IMG/VR virus record: IMGVR_UViG_3300025828_000014
DNA from: a virus
Strand: one strand, 5' to 3'
DNA length: 64,000 bases
Positions 9,972 to 18,550 of this stretch are shown here, piece after piece. The stretch's first letter is position 1, and the number at the start of each line of letters is the position of its first letter. The position numbers and the translations under genes were made by a program. The notes under the pieces were generated by a model. That model had not been told where the DNA came from. It saw nothing but the letters and a program-made list of their open reading frames with translations, and made no database searches.

Positions 9972-11009
9972 TTAAAATATAATACTATACAATAGTGCTT
10001 TGTTTCTACTAATAATTTCGTCTTGCGTTGAGTTTTCGTTTATAAAATATATACCAGTTCCTCCGTCTGCTTCGGTTTTTGCGTAAATTTTTACGCCATC
10101 ACTTGGTGCTACTGGATCTGTAATTTTTGGAAACAGAGCCGGAGTGCCAAATTCAACACTACCTGTTCCAGTGCCTTCTATAACAACGTTTGAGTTTAAG
10201 TTTATAGTTGAAATTCTATTTGTTTCAATTTTAACTTCTAATAACTCTATACTTGCTTGATAAAATTTTGCAACTTCACTGCTATCTACAGTAATCATTG
10301 CTAAACTTTGACTACTGGTTTCGTCTTGATCAGCAACAGATACAGTTGTATCTCCGCTTTCAATTGTATCAGTAAAGTTATAGGCGTTGTATGCTTTTAC
10401 ATAATCTTTTACTGCTCTAATGTTTGGAATAGCATCATCGTCATATGGAGCAGAAAGTCTATCTTCTAAGTTTACATTTGGAGTTATGTCATCTCCACTA
10501 TAAGGCCATAGTTGTTTCTCATAAGATACTGTTCCTCTAACAGAAACAACATTTTGTCCTTCGCCTAGTAAAACTAAATCGTCATCAGCAAACGTTCCGA
10601 CAAAATTGGTAAAAATACCTATTGTTTGATTATTGTTGTCTTTAAATACCCAACCACCTTTGTTAGCATCAACACCTCCAGTTCTTGAATCATACCAAGT
10701 AACATCTTCGTCATACAAAAGTTTTGCATCTGGAAAATTACCTCGATCGATTATAAATCCTGCTGTGTTTAATGTAACACCATTTCCGGTTTCACCATTG
10801 TTAAGGACAATTACATTATCTGTGATATTTAAATCTTGGCTATCTAAAGTTGTTGTAGTGCCAACTACGTTTAAATTGCCGTAAAAATTAAATGTTCCTG
10901 TGGTCGCAGGAGTAAGTCCGTCTCCAGCACGGAAATCTACAGTTCCACCATCATTAATTTTTACTCGATACAGATCAACGTTGTATTCACTTATCTTGGC
11001 GCTAGGCAT
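9972..11009 (-). CDS. Virion structural / fibre-associated protein
   Basis: GNLNVVGTTTTLDSQDLNITDNVIVLN motif, similar to the one in fibre 56733..58571 (GNMVVEGTQTALEVATLRVEDKQIEL). Confidence 0.6.
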   Translation of the reverse strand: MPSAKISEYNVDLYRVKINDGGTVDFRAGDGLTPATTGTFNFYGNLNVVGTTTTLDSQDLNITDNVIVLNNGETGNGVTLNTAGFIIDRGNFPDAKLLYDEDVTWYDSRTGGVDANKGGWVFKDNNNQTIGIFTNFVGTFADDDLVLLGEGQNVVSVRGTVSYEKQLWPYSGDDITPNVNLEDRLSAPYDDDAIPNIRAVKDYVKAYNAYNFTDTIESGDTTVSVADQDETSSQSLAMITVDSSEVAKFYQASIELLEVKIETNRISTINLNSNVVIEGTGTGSVEFGTPALFPKITDPVAPSDGVKIYAKTEADGGTGIYFINENSTQDEIISRNKALLYSIIF

Positions 11010-11025
11010 TTAAGTAACTCCTAAC

Positions 11026-11487
11026 TTATGACTGGCGAGGTAATGCTACACTAAGAGTCGTATTAGGGTTGTTACTATCTTCTAAAGCACTTGCGTCATA
11101 ACCAATGTTATAAATTGCTCCGTCTCCTGTAGTCACAGTTGCCGCTCCGCCGCTGCCTTCTAATTGCACAGTTCTATTGCGTAATTTTGTTACTTGATAA
11201 ACTGTTGAATCTGAACCTACAGCATCGATTCTAAATTCGCCTGCACTCATTGCACCGTTTGCTTTGTTTACAAGTGTCATTATTTCGTCGCTTGCTGCTG
11301 ATCCTGCTGCTGGTGAAAAAGTTCCTGTTGCATCAGAATCTAGTCTGATCATGAATTTTGCATCTCCAACTTGTTTTACAATGTGTGCTGCTGTTGTTGC
11401 TTCTGACCCGCCTGTAAAATAGTGGCGACTTACTGCGATACGGCCTGACCCGTATCCGATTTTATCTTTATTAATTGGACGTCCCAT
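11026..11487 (-). CDS. Hypothetical structural protein (head-associated?); start revised to MGRPINK
   Basis: Strong SD AAGGAG precedes the ATG at 11487; the longer ORF-track start lies in a structured leader directly under a TAAATA box. Confidence 0.7.
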   Translation of the reverse strand: MGRPINKDKIGYGSGRIAVSRHYFTGGSEATTAAHIVKQVGDAKFMIRLDSDATGTFSPAAGSAASDEIMTLVNKANGAMSAGEFRIDAVGSDSTVYQVTKLRNRTVQLEGSGGAATVTTGDGAIYNIGYDASALEDSNNPNTTLSVALPRQS

Positions 11488-11568
11488 TTTTTTCTCCTTT
11501 TGACGTTCTAGGTCTACGCGGGTGGGTCCGCATAAGTCCTCATCGAGAGGCTCTCCTCTTGACACATG

Positions 11569-11574
11569 TATTTA
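11569..11574 (-). promoter_or_regulatory. Late promoter box TAAATA
   Basis: TAAATA 82 nt upstream of the ATG at 11487. Confidence 0.6.
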
Positions 11575-11596
11575 GCCTTTTTGTAAAAATGGGTTA

Positions 11597-11788
11597 TTAT
11601 GTGTCATGTTCTAATACAACCGCCCAACATCTACCATTTTGCAGTTCGTATGTAAACAAAACTTTATCACCTATTTTAAATTTTTTTTCTGTGTTTTTAA
11701 ATAAAACATCTTGTCTAGATTGTCCAAACTCTTTAGGTCTAATACTTCCTGTGTTGCCAGTAAATTTGTATACTTGTCCTTTAAACAT
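11597..11788 (-). CDS. Small cold-shock-domain (OB-fold)-like protein
   Basis: KGQVYKF..NTGSIRP....DVLF....KIGDKVLF....GRCWAV follows the CspA pattern GxVKWF..GFI.P..DVF..G..V.F..G..A.V; own SD AGGAG and TAAATA at 11806-11811. Confidence 0.55.
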   Translation of the reverse strand: MFKGQVYKFTGNTGSIRPKEFGQSRQDVLFKNTEKKFKIGDKVLFTYELQNGRCWAVVLEHDT

Positions 11789-11818
11789 TGCGATTCTCCT
11801 TGCAGTATTTACTCAATA

Positions 11819-11842
11819 AAATAGGCCCCGTAGGGCCTATTT
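11819..11842 (-). terminator. Intrinsic terminator after the major capsid gene
   Basis: AAAUAGGCCC-UACG-GGGCCUAUUU(UAUU): 10-bp stem, C(UACG)G tetraloop, U-rich tail. Confidence 0.85.
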
Positions 11843-11867
11843 GTTAAGTTTTTAAAGTTTGTATAAC

Positions 11868-13040
11868 TTAGCTGAAGCTTAGGTTTGCAGTTGTTACTGC
11901 AACTTTGCTTAGGTAATCAGCTGCGTTACCAAGAGACGAAGCTGTGTTGTTTAACTCAACATATCCGTAACGAGTCATAAATGATACAACTGGCTCGAAT
12001 GTGTCTGGGTCAAGCACAACACCACTGCTCATCAATGGAATGTATGGGCAGTAGAACGCTGCTGCGTCTGATTCGCTTGTGCCTTTGTAGCCAACAAGAA
12101 CATCATCTGAAGATGCATATGTGTTTACATATACTTTCATTGCGTTGTTCAATGTTCCAACTAGTTTTGTGTTAGTTGGTGCTTCAAAAGTTCCTTCAGT
12201 TGTTCTTGCGAAAGCTGAAGTTGTTGCTGATTGCAGGATTGTCAATACAGTTGGTGAAACAACAGCCCAGTTACCTGCGCCTCTGCGTGTGCGCTGAGCA
12301 ATTAGGTTTGACACTTTGTTGATTTGAACTGCAAGAGCTGCATGTTCGTCGCCAACAAATGTTGCTGTCCCTGATACACCTGCTTGGTTGTATGTTTCAG
12401 CTGCTGAGCCTGCCAATGATGTTAGGCTTGCAATTACTTCTTGGTCGATTTCAGCAGTAATCTCTTGAGCAAGTGCTGCCATGATTTCTGCTTCTACGTC
12501 GATACCATGCTGTGACTGAGCGTCTTGAGCTGCTTCGAATGTCCAACGTGCGCTTAGTTTGCGTGATTTGGCTTCGACTGTTTGCTTCAAGATTTGGATG
12601 CTTAGTCTGTTACCAGCTGCACCTTCAAGTGCAGATGTAGCTGCTGCTTTATCATCAGCTGCACCAGAATAACCTTCAGCAATTTTGAATGGGCTAAGAG
12701 CTTCATCGCCTGCTGCGGCATCTGTTCCACTTGTTGAGTTGAATGCGTCTGCATAACGAACTCTCAATGTGTGGATTTGACCAACTGGACCAGTCATTGG
12801 CTGAACGCCGACCAACTCGTTAGCAATAACGGTTGGCATAACACGTCTGATCACTGGGAGGATCACACGGTTTAATGTTGCGACATTACCAGCAGAAGTA
12901 GCACCAGCTGTTGCAGTCTCCATCAAATGCTTACGAGTATTTTCAAGAGTTGTTTCCATAACAGCTTTTTTGTTGCCTTTTAGGCCTTCAGTCAAGGCAC
13001 TTTTTGTCTCCTGCCAGCGACTTTCTAATAGTTCTGACAT
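11868..13040 (-). CDS. gp23: Major capsid protein, T4 gp23-like
   Basis: LVGVQPMTGPVGQI, VEAKSRKLSARWTFEAAQD, EITAEIDQE, FYCPYIPL, FMTRYG motifs. Confidence 0.97.
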   Translation of the reverse strand: MSELLESRWQETKSALTEGLKGNKKAVMETTLENTRKHLMETATAGATSAGNVATLNRVILPVIRRVMPTVIANELVGVQPMTGPVGQIHTLRVRYADAFNSTSGTDAAAGDEALSPFKIAEGYSGAADDKAAATSALEGAAGNRLSIQILKQTVEAKSRKLSARWTFEAAQDAQSQHGIDVEAEIMAALAQEITAEIDQEVIASLTSLAGSAAETYNQAGVSGTATFVGDEHAALAVQINKVSNLIAQRTRRGAGNWAVVSPTVLTILQSATTSAFARTTEGTFEAPTNTKLVGTLNNAMKVYVNTYASSDDVLVGYKGTSESDAAAFYCPYIPLMSSGVVLDPDTFEPVVSFMTRYGYVELNNTASSLGNAADYLSKVAVTTANLSFS

Positions 13041-13050
13041 TTTCTTCTCC

Positions 13051-14136
13051 TTATATTCCAGCCAAGCGTTTAATGTCTACGACATTGTGATCGCTTGGTG
13101 AGTTAGAACTTTGTGTTTCTTTATTGCCTGTAATTTCTTTTGCCTCTGTAAGCTGTGCCTTCTGCTTTGCTGGACTATTGCCATCAATTACTGATGGAAG
13201 ATACTTATCAAATGCAGAACGTAGTTTTGCAGTTTGAACTGATTCCAGTAAGTCTGTCATAATGTCTTTTTGGTCCTTGCTTAAAGGTCCAATAAGTTCG
13301 TTCATTACTTTTGAACGTTCTTGTGCTTCGACTAGACGCTTAACCTCTGCATCTCTTGCTTCTGCAATAGTTTTAGCTTTTATTGCTAATTCTTTTGCTT
13401 CTGCAATTTGTTTGTCTTTCGCATCAACAACTTTCAATAACTTTTTGGCTTCTGATTTTTCGTTTAGGTGTGAACCCATGTATTCATTAGCAAATGCTTC
13501 AAAAATCTTTCTACCAAAATCATTTTGACGTGCTGCGTCAATATCTTCTTTAAGTTGACTAATTTCTCCACGTAGGGCTGAGTCAACTGTTTCAGAGATT
13601 GCTTTAGCACTTCTTTCGATAAAGTTTTTGCGGACTTTATCGAAGTGTGCCTTACCTTCGCGCACTAGGCGCACTTTTGTTTCAGCAAGGTCTTTTTTGT
13701 CTTCATTAAACTCTGCAATTTCTTTTGCAAGTTGTTCAACAACAAATTCTTCAAGCACGGTAAACTTGTTAGCCATAGCTTTTTGATCTTCGTGTAGTTC
13801 TCCGACCTCTTTAGCTAATGTTTCTGTTACAAACTTATTCATCAAGTTTGCATTTTCTTTCATAGCTACTGCATATTTTGCTTTTTGTTCAGCAAGTTGC
13901 TTACGGTCTTCTGCAAACTCAGCCATTTCTTCAGTTAACTTTTCAGTTACCATAGTATCAATAGCTTCAATCATCACACCTTTATCGTGCTCATATTTTT
14001 TTGCAAATTCCTCACGAAGTTCACTAGTAACAGCAAGGCGGTTTTCTTCCACTTTACTATTCCACGCTTCTTCAATTTCTTGTTTCATTGCTTCTGAAAT
14101 TACATCGCTTTCTAAAAGGGATTTTAGTGCTTCCAT
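13051..14136 (-). CDS. gp22: Prohead core scaffold protein, gp22-like
   Basis: Long Glu/Lys coiled coil, KIFEAF motif, located between protease and capsid genes. Confidence 0.85.
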   Translation of the reverse strand: MEALKSLLESDVISEAMKQEIEEAWNSKVEENRLAVTSELREEFAKKYEHDKGVMIEAIDTMVTEKLTEEMAEFAEDRKQLAEQKAKYAVAMKENANLMNKFVTETLAKEVGELHEDQKAMANKFTVLEEFVVEQLAKEIAEFNEDKKDLAETKVRLVREGKAHFDKVRKNFIERSAKAISETVDSALRGEISQLKEDIDAARQNDFGRKIFEAFANEYMGSHLNEKSEAKKLLKVVDAKDKQIAEAKELAIKAKTIAEARDAEVKRLVEAQERSKVMNELIGPLSKDQKDIMTDLLESVQTAKLRSAFDKYLPSVIDGNSPAKQKAQLTEAKEITGNKETQSSNSPSDHNVVDIKRLAGI

Positions 14137-14147
14137 TATTTTCTCCT

Positions 14148-14774
14148 TTATTGGAGCCTGCTTATTATGTTTAATAAGCTCTCTGCAATGTATTTTTGTG
14201 CCTTTGGATCGCCTTGAACTTCTCTACTTGTGAGAAATGCCTTATATCCACCTCTTTCATTCATGAGTTGTTCGTAAATTGGAGTTGGATATGCACCAGG
14301 GGCGCTGGGCTGAGCCACAACGTCCACAGTGATTATTTCAAAACCTTGGACATTACCTTGGTTATCAACTTCACCACTACCTCTCGATGAAACACCTAAT
14401 TTTACTCCGCTTTCAAGCATTGTTTTAACTAGTTGTCCCATCGGAGTTGGTAAAATCTTCAACTTACCATAACCGTTTGGGCCATCCATCCACATATCTG
14501 TGATCATATGGCTTACACGATCTAAGTTAATATTAAGTCCTTCAGGATGATCGACTTCACCGCACACTGAGTATCCGTTAGCTATCTGCTCATTGAGCGT
14601 GGTGACAGCCCTGCCAATTTCTTCTACCGGATAGACACGCTTATTTGCGTTAAGAACTCCACCCTGGATAAAGATGCCTTTCATGTGCAAATCTTTACCG
14701 CCTGTATCGTTTTCAGCAGACTCAACGACCATTCTAGCTTGGTCAAAACTCAGACATTCAGTTAATCGAAACAT
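14148..14774 (-). CDS. gp21: Prohead maturation protease, gp21-like
   Basis: GIFIQG..NANKRVYP, GEVDHP, GVSSRGSG, DVVAQPSAPGAY. Confidence 0.95.
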   Translation of the reverse strand: MFRLTECLSFDQARMVVESAENDTGGKDLHMKGIFIQGGVLNANKRVYPVEEIGRAVTTLNEQIANGYSVCGEVDHPEGLNINLDRVSHMITDMWMDGPNGYGKLKILPTPMGQLVKTMLESGVKLGVSSRGSGEVDNQGNVQGFEIITVDVVAQPSAPGAYPTPIYEQLMNERGGYKAFLTSREVQGDPKAQKYIAESLLNIISRLQ

Positions 14775-14791
14775 CTAAACTCCTTAACTTA

Positions 14792-15712
14792 TCAGCCACC
14801 CATTACAGGTTTTTTGTTGGCTGCTTCTCCAGCTTTCGCTGGGCTTTGCGACTTCATTGATTTTGAAGCCTTACCGCCTGGAGTGTTAACATTCCCTGCG
14901 CTATCTTCTTTTGGTGCTGCTGCGCCTGTTCCGCCTTTTTCATCAGCTGAACCTTGTGCGATATTTGCAGATGTTCCGCCCATATCGTTTTTACCTGCTA
15001 CTGCTGATTTTGTGCCGTTTGTGCCAGTATCACCCATTTTTGGTGTGATTTTTTCTACATACTCACGCATTTGTTCGCTTGCTGTTTTTGCCTCTTTTGA
15101 CTCTTCAACTTCTTCGTCAGCTGCTTCTTCAACTTCTTCGTCAGCTGCTTCTTCAACTTCTTCGTCATCTGCTTCGAATGCCATTGCTTCTTCTTCTGGC
15201 TCTTCGTCGCCTGGCTCTTCGTCGCCTGGCTCTTCGTCACCCATCATTTTTTCAAATTCTGCTTTTAATGCTTCTAGTGCATCTTCTAGATCAGCCATTG
15301 CTTCTTCTGGACCTTCGGCTTCTTCGTCGTCGTCGCCTTCGTCGTCCATGTCCATGTCGCCTTCGTCGCCACCTTCAATGTCACCTATCATGTCCATTGC
15401 TGGATCTGCTTCCATTTCTGGCTCATCTAGTCCAAACATTTCGTCTAGATCGTCATCTTCTGACTCGTCAACTTCTTCATCAGTTGCTTCATCTAGATCG
15501 TCATCTTCTGACTCGTCTACTTCTTCGTCAGTTGCTTCATCTACTTCTTCATCTGTAGTCTCTTCAACTTCTTCGTCAGCTTCGTCTAAAATGTTTTGAT
15601 AAATTTCTCTTGATTTTTCTACAACGATTTCGTGGAATAGTGCTTCTGCGCCATCACGGTCCTCGTTAACTAGTTTTTCGAGCATTTCCTCGAATTTTGT
15701 TTGATCAGTCAT
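14792..15712 (-). CDS. Highly acidic prohead core protein (positional analogue of T4 gp67/gp68)
   Basis: Asp/Glu-rich with internal repeats; SD AGGAG before the ATG at 15712; TAAATA at 15746-15751; upstream of protease. Confidence 0.65.
   Translation of the reverse strand: MTDQTKFEEMLEKLVNEDRDGAEALFHEIVVEKSREIYQNILDEADEEVEETTDEEVDEATDEEVDESEDDDLDEATDEEVDESEDDDLDEMFGLDEPEMEADPAMDMIGDIEGGDEGDMDMDDEGDDDEEAEGPEEAMADLEDALEALKAEFEKMMGDEEPGDEEPGDEEPEEEAMAFEADDEEVEEAADEEVEEAADEEVEESKEAKTASEQMREYVEKITPKMGDTGTNGTKSAVAGKNDMGGTSANIAQGSADEKGGTGAAAPKEDSAGNVNTPGGKASKSMKSQSPAKAGEAANKKPVMGG
15100..15585 (-). repeat. Coding tandem repeats (24-nt ADEEVEEA, 15-nt DEEPG, 48-nt EATDEEVDESEDDDLD)
   Basis: Direct repeats visible in DNA, e.g. 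ctggctcttcgtc x3 at ~15196-15238 and tctagatcgtcatcttctgactcgtc x2 at 15444 and 15492. Confidence 0.85.
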
Positions 15713-15775
15713 GTCATTCTCCTTTATTGTCAAGGCTGTCAGTTATATTTACACTTTATAGGAAAATATACGCAG

Positions 15776-15799
15776 AAATGGGCTCAAACGAGCCTATTT
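15776..15799. terminator. Stem-loop, probable terminator upstream of the core/protease/capsid late unit
   Basis: AAATGGGCTC-AAAC-GAGCCTATTT with short T runs on both strands. Confidence 0.55.
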
Positions 15800-15808
15800 T
15801 GTGCGCAC

Positions 15809-16570
15809 TTATGATAATTTTAAAGATTTTTTAAATTTTTCTATAGTAATGTGTCTTAAATTATCGTGTCCTTCTAAACTTTTTGGAGTAAAAAATCCTT
15901 CTTCAGGAACTACTCTTATATATCTAATTTTTGGATTTTTTTGAATTACACTTGCTGTTTGTCTTTCCCAATTTCCAAAATAAGTTGCTCTATCATTGAT
16001 GTTTTTATAGTTTTCGGTGCCAGCATACATATTGTTTACCAATTCATTTCTAATACCTATGCCTTGATAGTCAAAACCAAGAATGTATATTTCTTTGGGT
16101 TTTTGTTGACTTGCAAAGTTCAATGCAGTAGGTCCACTGCTCCAACCAAGATTAGGTTGAAATAGGTTTATATTTTGCACACTTCTACTATACTTGTTAG
16201 GATTTGTCCATACTGGATACTTGTGTTGATAACCGTTAGTTGATATTTCCCTAATCATTTTTGTATCAACTGCTACCAAATAATCAGGAATAAACTCTCT
16301 ATACAAAGCATTACAACCATAAATTGTGCCAAGCGGGCGTAGTTCTTCTAAAATTATGCCTTTTCTACTGGTTCCATTGCCTAATACAAAACAAGTGTCA
16401 TTTTGTTTTATTTGATCACTAGGACCTGGGCTTATAGGTGGCGGAGGAGGTTTAGGTAATTCTCTTACCCGTGCATGAAGTTTAGCTGCTTGATTTATAG
16501 CTGCTTTCTCTTCTTTTTTTCTTGCTTTTCTTTGAGCTTTAGTTTCGCCAGGAATATATACTTTGGGCAA
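15809..16570 (-). CDS. Maf/DUF115 (MptE-like) / sialyltransferase-like Rossmann-fold transferase
   Basis: CFVLGNGTSR, IYGCNALYR, PDYLVAVD, SSGPTAL, IYILGFDY motifs; basic, Pro-rich N-terminal extension. Confidence 0.6.
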   Translation of the reverse strand: MPKVYIPGETKAQRKARKKEEKAAINQAAKLHARVRELPKPPPPPISPGPSDQIKQNDTCFVLGNGTSRKGIILEELRPLGTIYGCNALYREFIPDYLVAVDTKMIREISTNGYQHKYPVWTNPNKYSRSVQNINLFQPNLGWSSGPTALNFASQQKPKEIYILGFDYQGIGIRNELVNNMYAGTENYKNINDRATYFGNWERQTASVIQKNPKIRYIRVVPEEGFFTPKSLEGHDNLRHITIEKFKKSLKLS

Positions 16571-16580
16571 TAATTGACTC

Positions 16581-16832
16581 CTATGCTACTGCTTCTTCAC
16601 CACCTTGAGCAGCTAGTCCATACATTGCCCTAACATATAGTAAGTCTTTTTCAGCTTCTCTTTTATGAGCATCGTCTGCCCTACGTGCCCTGTTTATATC
16701 TTTTAGCGTGAGTCTAGTTTTTCTTGTATCATCCATTGAAATTGGTGTTTCATCGTCGTCGGCGATGTATCTCTGGTCCTCTTTGGGTTCCATAGTCTGT
16801 TTATCAAAATAATATAACTCACGTAGTATCAT
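16581..16832 (-). CDS. Hypothetical protein of the head module
   Basis: ORF directly downstream of portal; TAAATA at 16838-16843 overlaps the portal stop codon. Confidence 0.7.
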   Translation of the reverse strand: MILRELYYFDKQTMEPKEDQRYIADDDETPISMDDTRKTRLTLKDINRARRADDAHKREAEKDLLYVRAMYGLAAQGGEEAVA

Positions 16833-16840
16833 AGTATTAT

Positions 16841-18550
16841 TTATGCCTCTGTTGCAGTATCGTCTGCTCCTACCGCAGTTTCGTCACCTCCAGCTGCAAT
16901 ATCGTCAGTTTCTACTTCATCTCCTGCTGTAGCTTCTAAATCATTATTGATGTCGCTTCCGGTGATACCTGCATCTCTTAATTGTGCTGCCGCATCAACA
17001 TCACCTGCATTAAAGTATTCGTCGTTTTCTTCACGCCACAGTCTTTCGTTTTCTGCAATTTCCTCTTTGCTCAATCCTAAGAAACGTCCAAGAGCAAATC
17101 TATTGGAAATAAACGGAATTTGTTGCATTTGTGCAAAAGTTGATATTCTGTTGTTATCAAGTTCAGCTTGTCTATAACTTGCAAAGTTTTGCGGAGGTTG
17201 CAGTTTTAGATCAAACATAGCAACATCGACATTGATACCTTTCTTATTGAGATACAGTTTGAATTCATTGTTAAAAACATCAGTAATCATGCTTTGCAAG
17301 CGTTCGCAATAATTGTTGAAACGCAATTCTTGAATATACGCTGTGCCCACTCTACCATCATTGTATTGGCTTGCACTGTCATCTGCGCCAGTTGGCAAGT
17401 AGCTCGAAGGAATACGCAAGCCACGTAGTAATTTGTTTGTAAAATACTTTAAATCGTCAATTTCTCCCAGATTTGTTCCGCCTGGTAGTGTTTCAACCTT
17501 ACTGCCGCGGCCTTCAGCAGTTTGAGGAAAGAAGTAGTCTTCGTTAATTGATAGCGGGTTGTAACTGCTGTCTATGACTGTTTGGCCACCGCCTGTCTTG
17601 GATGGGATTCTTCTTTGATGAATTTCCGTTTTTACACGCTCCACAAACTGCATAGCAAGGTGTGATGGCATGTTGCCCACATCAACGTAGAATACTCTGC
17701 GCTCAGGCGCACGTTGGACACGATAGATAATAATCGCATCTTCAAGCAGTTCTTTTTGCTTGTATACTTTGAAAATACTTTCTAGCAAACTGTTGCCAAA
17801 AGGAAAGTTTTGGTCTAATCCTTCGCTCATTGACAAGTGAACCACATGTTGTGCATCAACTGCTGTTTCATTTGCTTCGTTGCCAAATCTACTGTTGTTG
17901 CTGTCAGGTGTTCTTCCTGTCATATATTTTTGATCAAGTGTTTGATAGCCAGCGCCGCCGCCTGGGCCATATGCTTGATTTGTGTTGATTTTTGTTGCAC
18001 TCAGTGCTTCAAAGGCAATGTTAATGTCTTTGACAATATACTGTTCTGGACGTTTGCCTTGTGATTCGTTAACAATAATTTTAGTTACATTGGCTGGATC
18101 AACATGAAACCACTTTTGTGTTTCTGGATCTCTAATAAAGAACTGATCGCCAAACTTAAACACGTTTCTAATAATTTTAAAGATACGCTTTTCAAATTCT
18201 TGTATCTTGCACCACTGTTTAAGATACTGGCCAATTACTTGAACTTCAGTGTTGGTTGGTGCTTTGCTGAATACCAGTTTAAATGGAGTTTGATTTTCTT
18301 TGTTTTTCTGTGAACAAAACTCTGCAAGTATATCAAGAGCAGCATTTACTTCACTGTCGTTATCCATGGTGTTGTATTGACCATAGCGTTCAATACGGTT
18401 TGGTGAACCAACATAAACATCTGGTAAGTGAGAACTGTAGTTTGCTGCTGCTGGACCTACGCCTTGGCCTTTGTTAAAGCTAAAAGGCGAATAGCTACCG
18501 CCAACATTCATACTTGTGGCTACTGGAGTAAAGTGTTTCTTCCAACTCAT
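16841..18550 (-). CDS. gp20: Portal protein, gp20-like
   Basis: LLEDAIIIYRVQRAPERRVFYVDVGNMP, EDYFFP..GRGSKVETLPGG, LRIPSSYL. Confidence 0.97.
   Translation of the reverse strand: MSWKKHFTPVATSMNVGGSYSPFSFNKGQGVGPAAANYSSHLPDVYVGSPNRIERYGQYNTMDNDSEVNAALDILAEFCSQKNKENQTPFKLVFSKAPTNTEVQVIGQYLKQWCKIQEFEKRIFKIIRNVFKFGDQFFIRDPETQKWFHVDPANVTKIIVNESQGKRPEQYIVKDINIAFEALSATKINTNQAYGPGGGAGYQTLDQKYMTGRTPDSNNSRFGNEANETAVDAQHVVHLSMSEGLDQNFPFGNSLLESIFKVYKQKELLEDAIIIYRVQRAPERRVFYVDVGNMPSHLAMQFVERVKTEIHQRRIPSKTGGGQTVIDSSYNPLSINEDYFFPQTAEGRGSKVETLPGGTNLGEIDDLKYFTNKLLRGLRIPSSYLPTGADDSASQYNDGRVGTAYIQELRFNNYCERLQSMITDVFNNEFKLYLNKKGINVDVAMFDLKLQPPQNFASYRQAELDNNRISTFAQMQQIPFISNRFALGRFLGLSKEEIAENERLWREENDEYFNAGDVDAAAQLRDAGITGSDINNDLEATAGDEVETDDIAAGGDETAVGADDTATEA

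Noticed and set aside
11500-11550. CGAUGAG...GAAC in the leader resembling a hammerhead core
   Set aside because: Core needs CUGAUGA and GAAA with three stems; both motifs are imperfect.
15100-15585. Short direct repeats as a possible CRISPR array
   Set aside because: In-frame coding repeats with no unique spacers and no cas genes.
14814-15599. 261-aa Ser-rich plus-strand ORF and overlapping Leu/Arg-rich ORFs
   Set aside because: Antisense shadows of the Glu/Asp repeat codons of the acidic core gene; no RBS or promoter.
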